Shown here: positions 24,170 through 32,000 of the stretch, in pieces
Position numbering within the stretch: position 1 is the first letter of the stretch
Layout: each line of letters starts with the position of its first letter
NCBI RefSeq assembly: GCF_020969955.1
Contig: NZ_JAHDSX010000001.1
Coordinates: forward strand, 60,001-92,000
Reading direction: 5' to 3'
Length of the DNA: 32,000 nt
Source: Allobaculum fili
GTDB lineage: Bacteria; Bacillota_I; Bacilli_A; Erysipelotrichales; Erysipelotrichaceae
Notes under the pieces: generated by a model
Told to the model about the DNA's origin: nothing
Databases searched by the model: none
What the model saw: the letters and a program-made list of their open reading frames with translations, nothing else
Position numbers and translations under genes: made by a program

Positions 24170-25094
24170 AAAGATTGATGCGGTAGTGGTCACCTTCAAC
24201 CGTAAAGAAATGCTGATGGAGACGATTCATGCCATCCTGACCCAGACGTATCCTGTTAATCGGCTGATCCTCGTGGATAACAACAGTACAGATGGGACAA
24301 TTGAGCATTTGAAAGCAGCGAGAGTTCTAAACGATTCGCGTGTAGAACTTGTGGCATTAGATCAAAACACAGGCGGAGCAGGCGGATTTCATGCGGGAAT
24401 GAAGAAGTCCTATGAAATCGGCGATGCGGATTGGGTTTGGATTATGGATGATGACGTTGAACCGGCATCGGACTGTCTTGAAAAGCTAATAGAAGCAGAA
24501 GAAAAACTTCCGCAGCCCGTCAGTTTTTTAGCCAGCTCCATTCGAGGATTGCAAGATGAACCGATGAACGTTCCTAAACTCCCAAAAGGAATGACCACAG
24601 GATATGTCGATTGGTATAAGTATCTAGGGGATGGAATCGTAAATATATCAAAGGCTACGTTTGTATCGCTTTTGATTAATGCGGACGCAATTAAAAAATG
24701 CGGACTTCCCTGGGCTCCATTTTTCATCTGGGGTGATGATTCAGAGTACACACAGAGAATCATTCGGGATTTTGGCCCTGCATACATGGTGGGAAAAAGC
24801 AAGGCAGTTCATAAGAGAAAATCAGCAGATGCCCTGTCCATTGTAAAAGAAGACAATCCGAATCGAATCAATATGTTTTTTTACTACTACAGGAATAACT
24901 TGATCGGATATTGGGAGTATGAAGGTGCATTGTACCGTTTCCTGTGCATGGGGAAACTGGGCTATGATTTCTTCCACGTTTTATTTAAAGGGAAGTATAA
25001 AGCTAAAAAAATGGGAGTGATTTTAAAAGCTTTTAATGCTTTTGTCTTTGGAACGTATGACAGACAGTCCTTTAAAAATCGGAGTCAGATATGA
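24156..25094 (+). CDS. GT2-family glycosyltransferase (WbbL/rhamnosyl- or galactofuranosyl-transferase-like subgroup), 312 aa
   Basis: VVVTFNRKEML, LILVDNNSTDGT and WVWIMDDDVEP (acidic motif) are present. The start overlaps the upstream stop by 14 nt; GTG 24159 is an alternative start. Confidence 0.8.
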   Translation: MVANKKIDAVVVTFNRKEMLMETIHAILTQTYPVNRLILVDNNSTDGTIEHLKAARVLNDSRVELVALDQNTGGAGGFHAGMKKSYEIGDADWVWIMDDDVEPASDCLEKLIEAEEKLPQPVSFLASSIRGLQDEPMNVPKLPKGMTTGYVDWYKYLGDGIVNISKATFVSLLINADAIKKCGLPWAPFFIWGDDSEYTQRIIRDFGPAYMVGKSKAVHKRKSADALSIVKEDNPNRINMFFYYYRNNLIGYWEYEGALYRFLCMGKLGYDFFHVLFKGKYKAKKMGVILKAFNAFVFGTYDRQSFKNRSQI

Positions 25095-26110
25095 ATGAAA
25101 AAATCGCTGTAGTAATACCGGTCTATAACGTTGAAAAGTATATCTCCAAATGTATTGAGAGTGTCTGTACTCAAAGTTACCCCAACTTGGAAATAATTCT
25201 GGTTGATGATGGCTCTACAGACTCCTCAGGAGAAATCTGTGATGCATATCAGAAAAAAGATGATAGAATCCGAGTTTTTCATACTCCTAATAGAGGCTTG
25301 TCCGCAGCCCGGAATTATGGTGTTCAGCAGTCAGAATCTAACTGGGTGATTTTTATAGATTCGGATGATTTTGTAACCTCTAGATATGTAGAAGATCTCA
25401 ACACCATTCGTTTGAAGGCAGGAAGCGAAATCTCTGTCACTCAGGTAAAAAAAATAAATGAAGAAAGTGCAGCGTATATATATTCTCAGAGTGGACTGAG
25501 TAAACTGGCTGCACCGGATATTGTAAAAATGACTGTTTCGGATGCTCTTGCCAATATGTACTACAGGAAGGGAATTCCGATTTATGCTCCAGGAAAACTT
25601 TATTTAAAAAGCATCTTAACGAAGCATCCGTTTCGTATAGGCGAGCAGTATGAGGATTTAAGCATCATGCATCACCTTTTTTCCGAAGCAAACGCGATTG
25701 GCTTTGCACAAGTGGAAAACTATTATTACCTGCAGCGTCCATTCAGTATCGTCAATTCTAAGTTTTCGGAAAATAAGATGATTCAGATTCCAATTTGCAA
25801 GGAAATCCATCAATTTATTGAAGAGAAATATCCGAAAGCATTATGCGCAGCAGAATCAAAACAGTTTGTTGTAGCTCTGAATTTATATGTTGACGCTCGG
25901 ACTCATCACGCAGACAAACAGGTCCTTCGAAAGCTGAAAAAAGAAGCAGGCCGTTACGTGACTAATATTCAAAAAGACAAGAATAATTCAACTGCAATAC
26001 GTCTGCTGGCTAAATTGTTTCCTGCGAGTTTAGTGCTGCTTCCAAGTGCAATGCAGATCCTGAGGAAAGCGCAGAATGCAGGCTGGATTAAAATTAATAA
26101 CCCATTTTAG
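25091..26110 (+). CDS. GT2-family glycosyltransferase, 339 aa
   Basis: IAVVIPVYNVEKYI, IILVDDGSTDSSGEICD, NRGLSAARN and FIDSDDF are present. An ATGA overlap joins it to the upstream gene. CGGAG lies 6 nt upstream. Confidence 0.85.
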   Translation: MNEKIAVVIPVYNVEKYISKCIESVCTQSYPNLEIILVDDGSTDSSGEICDAYQKKDDRIRVFHTPNRGLSAARNYGVQQSESNWVIFIDSDDFVTSRYVEDLNTIRLKAGSEISVTQVKKINEESAAYIYSQSGLSKLAAPDIVKMTVSDALANMYYRKGIPIYAPGKLYLKSILTKHPFRIGEQYEDLSIMHHLFSEANAIGFAQVENYYYLQRPFSIVNSKFSENKMIQIPICKEIHQFIEEKYPKALCAAESKQFVVALNLYVDARTHHADKQVLRKLKKEAGRYVTNIQKDKNNSTAIRLLAKLFPASLVLLPSAMQILRKAQNAGWIKINNPF

Positions 26111-26122
26111 GAGGGCCACAAT

Positions 26123-27229
26123 TTGAATGGACTTGTAAGTGTAGTGATCCCTGTATATAACGGAGAAAAATTCCTCAAAGAAACTGTCAGCAGAATTCAA
26201 AACTCAAAATATGAAAACATAGAAATTATTCTTGTGAATGATGGCAGTACAGATACAAGTCAGCACATATGTGACGCTCTGGCAAAGCAGGATAAAAGAA
26301 TCAGGATCTTCCAAAAAGAAAATGGCGGAATCGCGGACGCCAGAAATTATGGAATGAGACAGGCAGTCGGTGAGTTCATCTGTTTTGTTGATCAGGATGA
26401 TGTAGTAGCACCGGACATGTATCAAGATTTAGTGACTCTGTTGAATCAGGATGATTCCGATTTTGCAATGGGTGGTACAGCAAAATTAGCGGGTGATGGA
26501 ACTACCCCTTTTGAAACTTTTGATGATGGCTGTTTTAACAAACAGCAAATTTATCACGATTTTTTTCTCTCAATGGTTTATGGCAGTTTTTTACCTGCTC
26601 AGGCCGAGAATTCAAAAAGACATTATCCATCTATTTGGAAATGCCTTTTTCGTAGAGCATTTATTGATGAAAATTCGCTGACGTTCAGAAAAATTATTGA
26701 CTTTGAAGATGATTTGACGTTTATGCAGGAAGCTTATTTGTATGCGAATTGTGTATCGACATCTTCAAAGATCTATTACTACTGGAGAATAAATCTAGGC
26801 TCTGAGAGTTATACATACAAATATATTAAAGATTATGATCAAAGATACAAAAATTATTATGATTATATTCTTGGGATCCTCGAAAAATCAAAACTTAGCG
26901 AGCAGGAGATCAGATCCTGGCAGCAAATTCTCTGCGGTCAGTATCTTATTGGAAAGATTGAGAATATTAATTCTCCGAATAATCCGGCTGGTTATTTTGA
27001 AAAAACGAAACAGACAAAAAAAGCAATACAGCACGTTCAAAACCAGACGGACTCCATTTCAAAGTTACAGGTCAGAAAAGGTGTGGTTAAAAACCGAGTT
27101 TTTCTTAGTCTGATTCGAAAGAGGTTTTATTTTTTGATTCCTCCCGCGGTCTACTTTTTTAATCGTGCCGGATCAAAAATGCAGAAGAATAATTTTTTAT
27201 CACACATTTCATACCTCACGAAAAAGTAG
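26123..27229 (+). CDS. GT2-family glycosyltransferase, 368 aa (TTG start)
   Basis: VSVVIPVYNGEKFL, IILVNDGSTDTSQ, NGGIADARN and FVDQDDV are present. AGGAGGG lies 6 nt upstream of TTG 26123. There is no in-frame ATG nearby. Confidence 0.85.
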   Translation: MNGLVSVVIPVYNGEKFLKETVSRIQNSKYENIEIILVNDGSTDTSQHICDALAKQDKRIRIFQKENGGIADARNYGMRQAVGEFICFVDQDDVVAPDMYQDLVTLLNQDDSDFAMGGTAKLAGDGTTPFETFDDGCFNKQQIYHDFFLSMVYGSFLPAQAENSKRHYPSIWKCLFRRAFIDENSLTFRKIIDFEDDLTFMQEAYLYANCVSTSSKIYYYWRINLGSESYTYKYIKDYDQRYKNYYDYILGILEKSKLSEQEIRSWQQILCGQYLIGKIENINSPNNPAGYFEKTKQTKKAIQHVQNQTDSISKLQVRKGVVKNRVFLSLIRKRFYFLIPPAVYFFNRAGSKMQKNNFLSHISYLTKK

Positions 27230-27303
27230 ATACTCAATTATTGACGATTGAAGGTTAGCTGCTAATTGAACTGGCTCTTGTTATTAGATTAGAAAGGCCC
27301 TAT

Positions 27304-28398
27304 ATGAAAAAGATTATCGCTTTGTATTTGCCTCAGTTTCATAGAATTCCTGAAAACGATGAATGGTGGGGGCCAGGATTTACGGATTGGGTGAATGTAA
27401 AAAAAGCTGTTCCCTTATTTAAAGGGCATTTACAGCCTAGAGTTCCTCTTAACCACAATTACTATGATTTAAGCGATCCCAAAGTTCTTGCAGACCAATC
27501 TAGTTTAGCCCTGGCTTATGGAATTGATGGATTTTGTTTTTACCATTACTGGTTTAATGGGAAGCTTCTGCTTGAAAAACCGGTTGAACAGTTACTGACA
27601 AATACGGATGTAAAAATTCCTTTTATGTTTTCCTGGGCTAATGAGACCTGGGCAAGGACCTGGGACGGTCGAGAAAAAAACATACTTATTCAGCAAGAAT
27701 ATGGAGGGGAAAAAGACTGGGAATCCCATCTGCAGTATTTTCTGCCCTTTTTTAAAGATGAGCGATACATCAAAATCGATAACAAGCCAGTTCTGCTTCT
27801 TTATACTTCTTCTCGAATTCAAAACTGTGCAGAGATGGTCGATTTTTGGAATAGAAGACTGCGCGAATATGGATTTGATGGAATCTATATTCTCGAAACG
27901 CTTAACTATATTCAGCCAAAGCCTGTTTTACCAAATGCTGCTGGGACAATGACCTTCGAACCTGTATATACTTTTTCGAACGAGATGAAAAAACAGAGCC
28001 TTCCAGCAAAAATCGATCGTTTTTTGAAGGTAAATATGAATTTACATAAACTTACGAAGTATGACTCAAAAAGTGTGTTTGAAAATATAGCCAATCGCTC
28101 GCAACCTGAAAACAATAACCCTTCAGTCTGTGTTGGATGGGATAATACAGCGCGAAAAGGGAAAAACGGCAGCGTGATGGTAGATAATGATCCGCAATAT
28201 TTTAAGGATACGCTGCATAAACTCATGACTGAAGATACGACAGGACCATTTGTATTCATCAACGCATGGAACGAATGGGCCGAAGGAACGTATCTTGAGC
28301 CAGATAACTTTTATGGAACCAGATATCTGGAAATCATTGAGCAGGAGAAACAAAGAGAGAAAACGAATGACGAAAAAACGGAAAAGCCTAAAATATAA
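27304..28398 (+). CDS. WbsX-family putative glycosyltransferase (GH99-like fold), 364 aa
   Basis: The N-terminus IIALYLPQFHRIPENDEWWGPGFTDWVNV is the hallmark opening of the WbsX family found in O-antigen and cell-wall polysaccharide loci. GWDNTARKG and NAWNEWAEG blocks occur further on. Confidence 0.75.
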   Translation: MKKIIALYLPQFHRIPENDEWWGPGFTDWVNVKKAVPLFKGHLQPRVPLNHNYYDLSDPKVLADQSSLALAYGIDGFCFYHYWFNGKLLLEKPVEQLLTNTDVKIPFMFSWANETWARTWDGREKNILIQQEYGGEKDWESHLQYFLPFFKDERYIKIDNKPVLLLYTSSRIQNCAEMVDFWNRRLREYGFDGIYILETLNYIQPKPVLPNAAGTMTFEPVYTFSNEMKKQSLPAKIDRFLKVNMNLHKLTKYDSKSVFENIANRSQPENNNPSVCVGWDNTARKGKNGSVMVDNDPQYFKDTLHKLMTEDTTGPFVFINAWNEWAEGTYLEPDNFYGTRYLEIIEQEKQREKTNDEKTEKPKI

Positions 28399-29836
28399 CT
28401 TCATTATTTATATTCTCCGAACTTTGGTTGTAACCTGCTCTTCCTTGTTGATTTTCCCTTACGCCTCTCGAATGCTTGGTGTAGCACCGATCGGTAAAGT
28501 CCAATACATTCAGTCAATCGCATCGTATTTTCAGCTCTTTGCCTCGTTTGGTGTGACGACTTACGGAATTCGTGAAGGCTCTAAACACAGGGATGAACCT
28601 GTATTGCTGAACAAACTAATTATTGAGCTGATTGTAATAAATTTTATCTGTACTGTGATTTCTCTAATCGCCTATGGATTGTTTACTGCTTTATTTATTC
28701 CAGATACTTACTCGAAACTGCTATGGGTATTTTCGGTATACATTATTGTCTATGGCTTAAACTTTGACTGGTATTTTAATATCTATGAGCAATACACCTA
28801 TATAACAATTCGATCTGTAATTGGTTCGCTTTTATCTTTAGTAGTTGTATTTCTTTTTGTCAAAAGTCCTCAAAATTATCTTATTTATGCAGTGTCAATC
28901 GTAATTCCTTATGCTGTCAGCTTTATTCTGAATGGCGGAGAGATTGTAAAGAATTTAACGCGTGTTCAATTGTCCTTGAAATCGATAATGCGTCACTTGA
29001 AGCCTTTGACGGTAATTTTTTCTGTTATTGTCGCGACGAACGTATATTCATTACTTGACTCCTCTATGCTTGGAGCTATGCAGGGAGATATGAGTGTGGG
29101 GCTCTATACAGCAGCTTCAAAACTGACCAGACTTGCTTCAACTTTTGTTACTGGAATATTCGGAGTATTTACTCCTCGTTTGACTTATTACATAGGCTTG
29201 GGAAACAAAGAAGAGTATCGCAAACTGGCAACAAAGATTGCTCGTCTGATTATGCTGGGCGGAATTTTAATTAGCGTATATATGTCAGTATTCAGCAGAC
29301 AGCTGATTACCCTGTATAGCGGTGAAGCTTATTTAGCTGCAGATCCCGCTATGAAAATTCTCTCTATTAATTTTCTGTTTTCGATTGTTGACTGTTATAT
29401 GGGATGGCAGCTCCTGGTGCCAAACAATAAAGAATCCGTCATGCTGAAAGCCACGATAGTCGGTTCAGTAATTGACGTTCTTCTTAATCTTCTTCTGATC
29501 CCCCGGTTTAATGTACTTGGCGCAACTGCTGCCACCTTTGCAGCAGAAATTTCAGTGTTTATTCTCCTCTTCTTAAATTGCAGGCACATGGTAAAACTCA
29601 ATTCGGTGAAAAGAACCGTACTCAAAACTCTTCTTTCTGTTGGCGTTACGGTGGTTGGTATATATGCTCTCCAATTAAACGTTCTGAATTGGAAAATGGC
29701 GCTGCTTGTGGTCCTCCCACTTGCCCTAATTGTGAACTTAATTCTCTTATACTTGCTCAAAGAAAAGACTATTTTAGAGGTGTGTGATGAAATCAGAAGT
29801 AGAATTTCAACCCGCAAATATTCGAAAAACCAGTAA
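28367..29836 (+). CDS. wzx: Oligosaccharide/polysaccharide flippase (Wzx, MOP/PST family), 489 aa
   Basis: About 12-14 TM segments with a basic N-terminus (MTKKRKSLKYNFIIYILRTLVV). The overall pattern is that of polysaccharide biosynthesis protein flippases. I set the start at ATG 28367, overlapping the WbsX-family gene by 32 nt; the track ORF start at 28250 lies deep inside that gene. Confidence 0.75.
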   Translation: MTKKRKSLKYNFIIYILRTLVVTCSSLLIFPYASRMLGVAPIGKVQYIQSIASYFQLFASFGVTTYGIREGSKHRDEPVLLNKLIIELIVINFICTVISLIAYGLFTALFIPDTYSKLLWVFSVYIIVYGLNFDWYFNIYEQYTYITIRSVIGSLLSLVVVFLFVKSPQNYLIYAVSIVIPYAVSFILNGGEIVKNLTRVQLSLKSIMRHLKPLTVIFSVIVATNVYSLLDSSMLGAMQGDMSVGLYTAASKLTRLASTFVTGIFGVFTPRLTYYIGLGNKEEYRKLATKIARLIMLGGILISVYMSVFSRQLITLYSGEAYLAADPAMKILSINFLFSIVDCYMGWQLLVPNNKESVMLKATIVGSVIDVLLNLLLIPRFNVLGATAATFAAEISVFILLFLNCRHMVKLNSVKRTVLKTLLSVGVTVVGIYALQLNVLNWKMALLVVLPLALIVNLILLYLLKEKTILEVCDEIRSRISTRKYSKNQ

Positions 29837-31586
29837 ATATCTTCCTTGGCTGTTAATCATCTTAGGCGTTGTAAGTCTTTTAGTTATTCCCTTGATTGGT
29901 TACAAACAGGTTTCCATTCCGCAGATTTATCAAGATGAATTTGGGTATTGGGGAGATGCGGCTTTTTTCAACGGACAGAACTGGTCGACTGTAATTTCGA
30001 CGATTCCGTACTATTCTTTTGGATATTCGCTGATCCTAAAGCTATTCATTAGCTTAACTGGATCCTATACGAATGCTTATGCCCTGGCCCAAATGGTTAA
30101 CGGGCTATGGTTAGCGCTAACGTTCCTGCTGTTAATTCGTCTTATCAAACTGCTCTATCCTAAAACTATTAAAAGCAGTTGGGCAATTTTTTTCGCTTAT
30201 ATATCCGTTGTCTATGCTTCGAATATTCTTAATTCCCATTTCACATGGCCTGAGTGTTTTCTTTCGCTCTTGGTCGTGATGTTGACTGTGCTTTTTGTTA
30301 AGTTGCTTAAAACATACAACTTGATTTATTTTATAAGTATTTCTGTTTTGTGTGCCTACATCTATTATGTGCATCAGAGAATGATAGGCTTTGTTCTCTC
30401 TGTTTTTATAATATTAGTTATCTCGGTTTTTTTTCAAAAAACAAAGAGAGATGCCATCTTAAAACTTCTCATTTTTTTCCTTACTTTTGGAATCATCTAC
30501 TTTTTGTTTTCGCTTTTGAAGACGGATCTGATCAATAATCTTTGGGTGTCCAGTCCTAGTTCCAATGTAAATAACATTAGCGGGCAGGCAGGTAATATTC
30601 GATATCTGTTTACTATTTCAGGTATACGTGATTTTCTGCTTTCTTTTTCCGGAAAGCTATTTTATCTGTTTACTGCGACTTTTTTTGTGATTCCACTTCT
30701 CTTGCTCCGTAGTGTGACAAGACTGTTCAAATGGATTCAGGGAAAATCAAAACGGCACCAAAAAACTGGGGAAAATGCCTGCGCGGATGAGTTGGCTTTG
30801 GTTTACTTATTTGTCTTATTGTCCTTTCTTTTATCCGCAGGAATCAGCTCGGTTTCCATGATTACTCCAACGACAATTAGCCATGTGGTTTATGGCAGAT
30901 ATTTGGAGCCTCTTTATAGTGTTGGTCTGGCCCTTGGATTTGCAGAGCTGTTTCTTAGAAAAATGAGTTTTACAGAGTTGTTGATCTTAATGGGTATTTA
31001 CGCTCTAACTGTTCTTTCGGTTTCCTGGCAATGCAATCAGGGTGAGCTTCGATGGAGAGCACCGGTGAACAATAGTGCAGTTACATGGTTCGTAAAGGAA
31101 AACTGGATTGAATTGAGAAACTGTCTCTTACTCACTGGGATTGGAGTGGTGCTGCTCTTTATGGCAGAGAGAAAACGGATTCTCTATTGCCTCATTCTAA
31201 CGATAATGGGGATTTACTGGATTGTTACGGGCAATCAAGCTTACAAGGATCACGTAAGTGATTGGGGTGCCTATCAAGAAGACAATGTGGCAATCTCAGA
31301 ATATATTCGCAATTTCGAAAATCAGCATGATGAAAACATACAGGTAGTTATTGTAAATAGCGATATTGGTCGGCTTCCGAGCCGTAACCCAGGCAATGGC
31401 TTGCAGTTTTTAAATCCAAATGCAGAATTTGAGGTCTACTCAGAATGGGATCAGAGTTTGGCTAAGACGTTCGAAAATGGAGATGTTCCCGGACTTCTTG
31501 TTACTTCAGAAGCCGCTGATATTGAAGGTTTAGATGAGCCTGTGTATACCACTGACCATTACCAGATCTATATTCTGAAAGAATGA
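29787..31586 (+). CDS. Polytopic membrane protein, second putative GT-C-fold glycosyltransferase (paralog of 21435-23165), 599 aa
   Basis: AGAGG lies 6 nt upstream of ATG 29787 (GTG 29784 is also possible). The gene overlaps the flippase gene by 50 nt. It shares with the 21435 product the N-terminal block DE(F/I)..W..A....W(S).V.....YY.FGY..L and a later VH(Q/S)R block. Its soluble C-terminal domain is about 120 aa. Confidence 0.55.
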   Translation: MKSEVEFQPANIRKTSKYLPWLLIILGVVSLLVIPLIGYKQVSIPQIYQDEFGYWGDAAFFNGQNWSTVISTIPYYSFGYSLILKLFISLTGSYTNAYALAQMVNGLWLALTFLLLIRLIKLLYPKTIKSSWAIFFAYISVVYASNILNSHFTWPECFLSLLVVMLTVLFVKLLKTYNLIYFISISVLCAYIYYVHQRMIGFVLSVFIILVISVFFQKTKRDAILKLLIFFLTFGIIYFLFSLLKTDLINNLWVSSPSSNVNNISGQAGNIRYLFTISGIRDFLLSFSGKLFYLFTATFFVIPLLLLRSVTRLFKWIQGKSKRHQKTGENACADELALVYLFVLLSFLLSAGISSVSMITPTTISHVVYGRYLEPLYSVGLALGFAELFLRKMSFTELLILMGIYALTVLSVSWQCNQGELRWRAPVNNSAVTWFVKENWIELRNCLLLTGIGVVLLFMAERKRILYCLILTIMGIYWIVTGNQAYKDHVSDWGAYQEDNVAISEYIRNFENQHDENIQVVIVNSDIGRLPSRNPGNGLQFLNPNAEFEVYSEWDQSLAKTFENGDVPGLLVTSEAADIEGLDEPVYTTDHYQIYILKE

Positions 31587-31654
31587 ACAACCCAATAAAA
31601 TTTTCAGAACTCCGCTCAGAAGATTTTGAATGCTTTACAAAAGAATGAAATCTA

Positions 31655-31724
31655 AAAAGCGAAGGCTTTAAGACCCGGATGTTTCTTAAAGAAATCCTCA
31701 GGAAGTCTGAAAGTCTTCGCTTTT
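31655..31724. terminator. Bidirectional terminator-like hairpin between convergent genes
   Basis: Stem AAAAGCGAAG (31655-31664) pairs with CTTCGCTTTT (31715-31724) and extends by GC/GT. The interior folds as CTTTAAG/CTTAAAG. T-runs are present when read on either strand. Confidence 0.55.
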
Positions 31725-31741
31725 GTTGGTGAAATGAGCTT

Positions 31742-32000
31742 TTATTTCGCAGCGGATTTTTCCGCAAGGCTTTTGCGAACGGAATTGTACAGACCGATCG
31801 CAAGAATCAGAATCGCGATCGGGCAGATCCAGGAGAGCAGGGTTCCGGACCAGGAAAGGATGGAATCCAGACCGGTGCAGGCGACAACGGCGCCGGCAAC
31901 GGTAAAGGTGATCAGCCAGGAACGGTAGGAAAGTTTGCCGAACGTTTCCTGGAAGTATTCCGCGCAGCAGGCGAGAAGACCGGAGCAGACGTTCAGGCAG
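31742..32000 (-). CDS. C-terminal fragment of a membrane (probably transport) protein; 5' end outside the window
   Basis: The reverse strand is open from the window edge to the stop (complement of 31742-31744). It translates to ..CLNVCSGLLACCAEYFQETFGKLSYRSWLITFTVAGAVVACTGLDSILSWSGTLLSWICPIAILILAIGLYNSVRKSLAEKSAAK. This gives two hydrophobic helices. GC content returns to the host-like level here. I do not recognise the family. Confidence 0.5.
   Translation of the reverse strand, partial: CLNVCSGLLACCAEYFQETFGKLSYRSWLITFTVAGAVVACTGLDSILSWSGTLLSWICPIAILILAIGLYNSVRKSLAEKSAAK

Noticed and set aside
23174-24199. 341-aa minus-strand ORF (and 20393-21103 minus, 236 aa)
   Set aside because: These are antisense to the GtrB-like GT2 gene and to ugd. 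They have no motifs and no RBS.
1-32000. CRISPR arrays, tRNA/rRNA genes, riboswitch-like leaders, retron/DGR/toxin-antitoxin modules
   Set aside because: I looked for regularly spaced repeats, cloverleaf-sized GC-rich segments and conserved riboswitch cores in the intergenic regions. I found none. The only tandem or direct repeats are those reported at 11539-11580, 14500-14566 and 19291-19367.

Overview
Firmicutes-like chromosomal window, judged from GGAGG-type ribosome-binding sites, hairpin plus T-run terminators, a roughly 500-aa type-2 GalT and an orphan MsmK-type ATPase. It has four blocks. (1) 1-9.5 kb is a maltodextrin/glycogen utilisation locus: two ABC sugar permeases, a LacI-family regulator, malQ, a Na/Pi cotransporter-PhoU fusion, a small membrane protein on the opposite strand, and glgP/malP. 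(2) 9.9-14.2 kb is a self-contained two-gene operon that I cannot assign to any described system. Its first gene encodes a 1087-aa, mostly low-complexity protein: PASQ-rich N-terminus, a globular core with a PD-(D/E)xK nuclease-type signature, an ER/K charged helix, a long acidic tract, and a tail with six KRRR / AT-hook-like clusters. The second gene is translationally coupled (TAGTG overlap) and encodes a 347-aa winged-helix protein resembling the plasmid/ICE Replic_Relax family. This is my best candidate for a novel system. (3) 14.7-19 kb holds an orphan sugar-ABC ATPase (msmK-like, minus strand), galT and galE. (4) 19.8-31.6 kb is a cell-surface glycan cluster with clearly lower GC: ugd, then a tightly packed operon of GT-C membrane protein, GtrB-like polyprenol-phosphate glycosyltransferase, three GT2 enzymes, a WbsX-family protein, a Wzx flippase and a second GT-C paralog. 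It contains no priming transferase, Wzy or chain-length regulator. The window ends inside a convergent minus-strand membrane-protein gene. I saw no rRNA, tRNA, CRISPR array, transposase or integrase. All protein-family calls rest on motif recognition by eye, not on searches.
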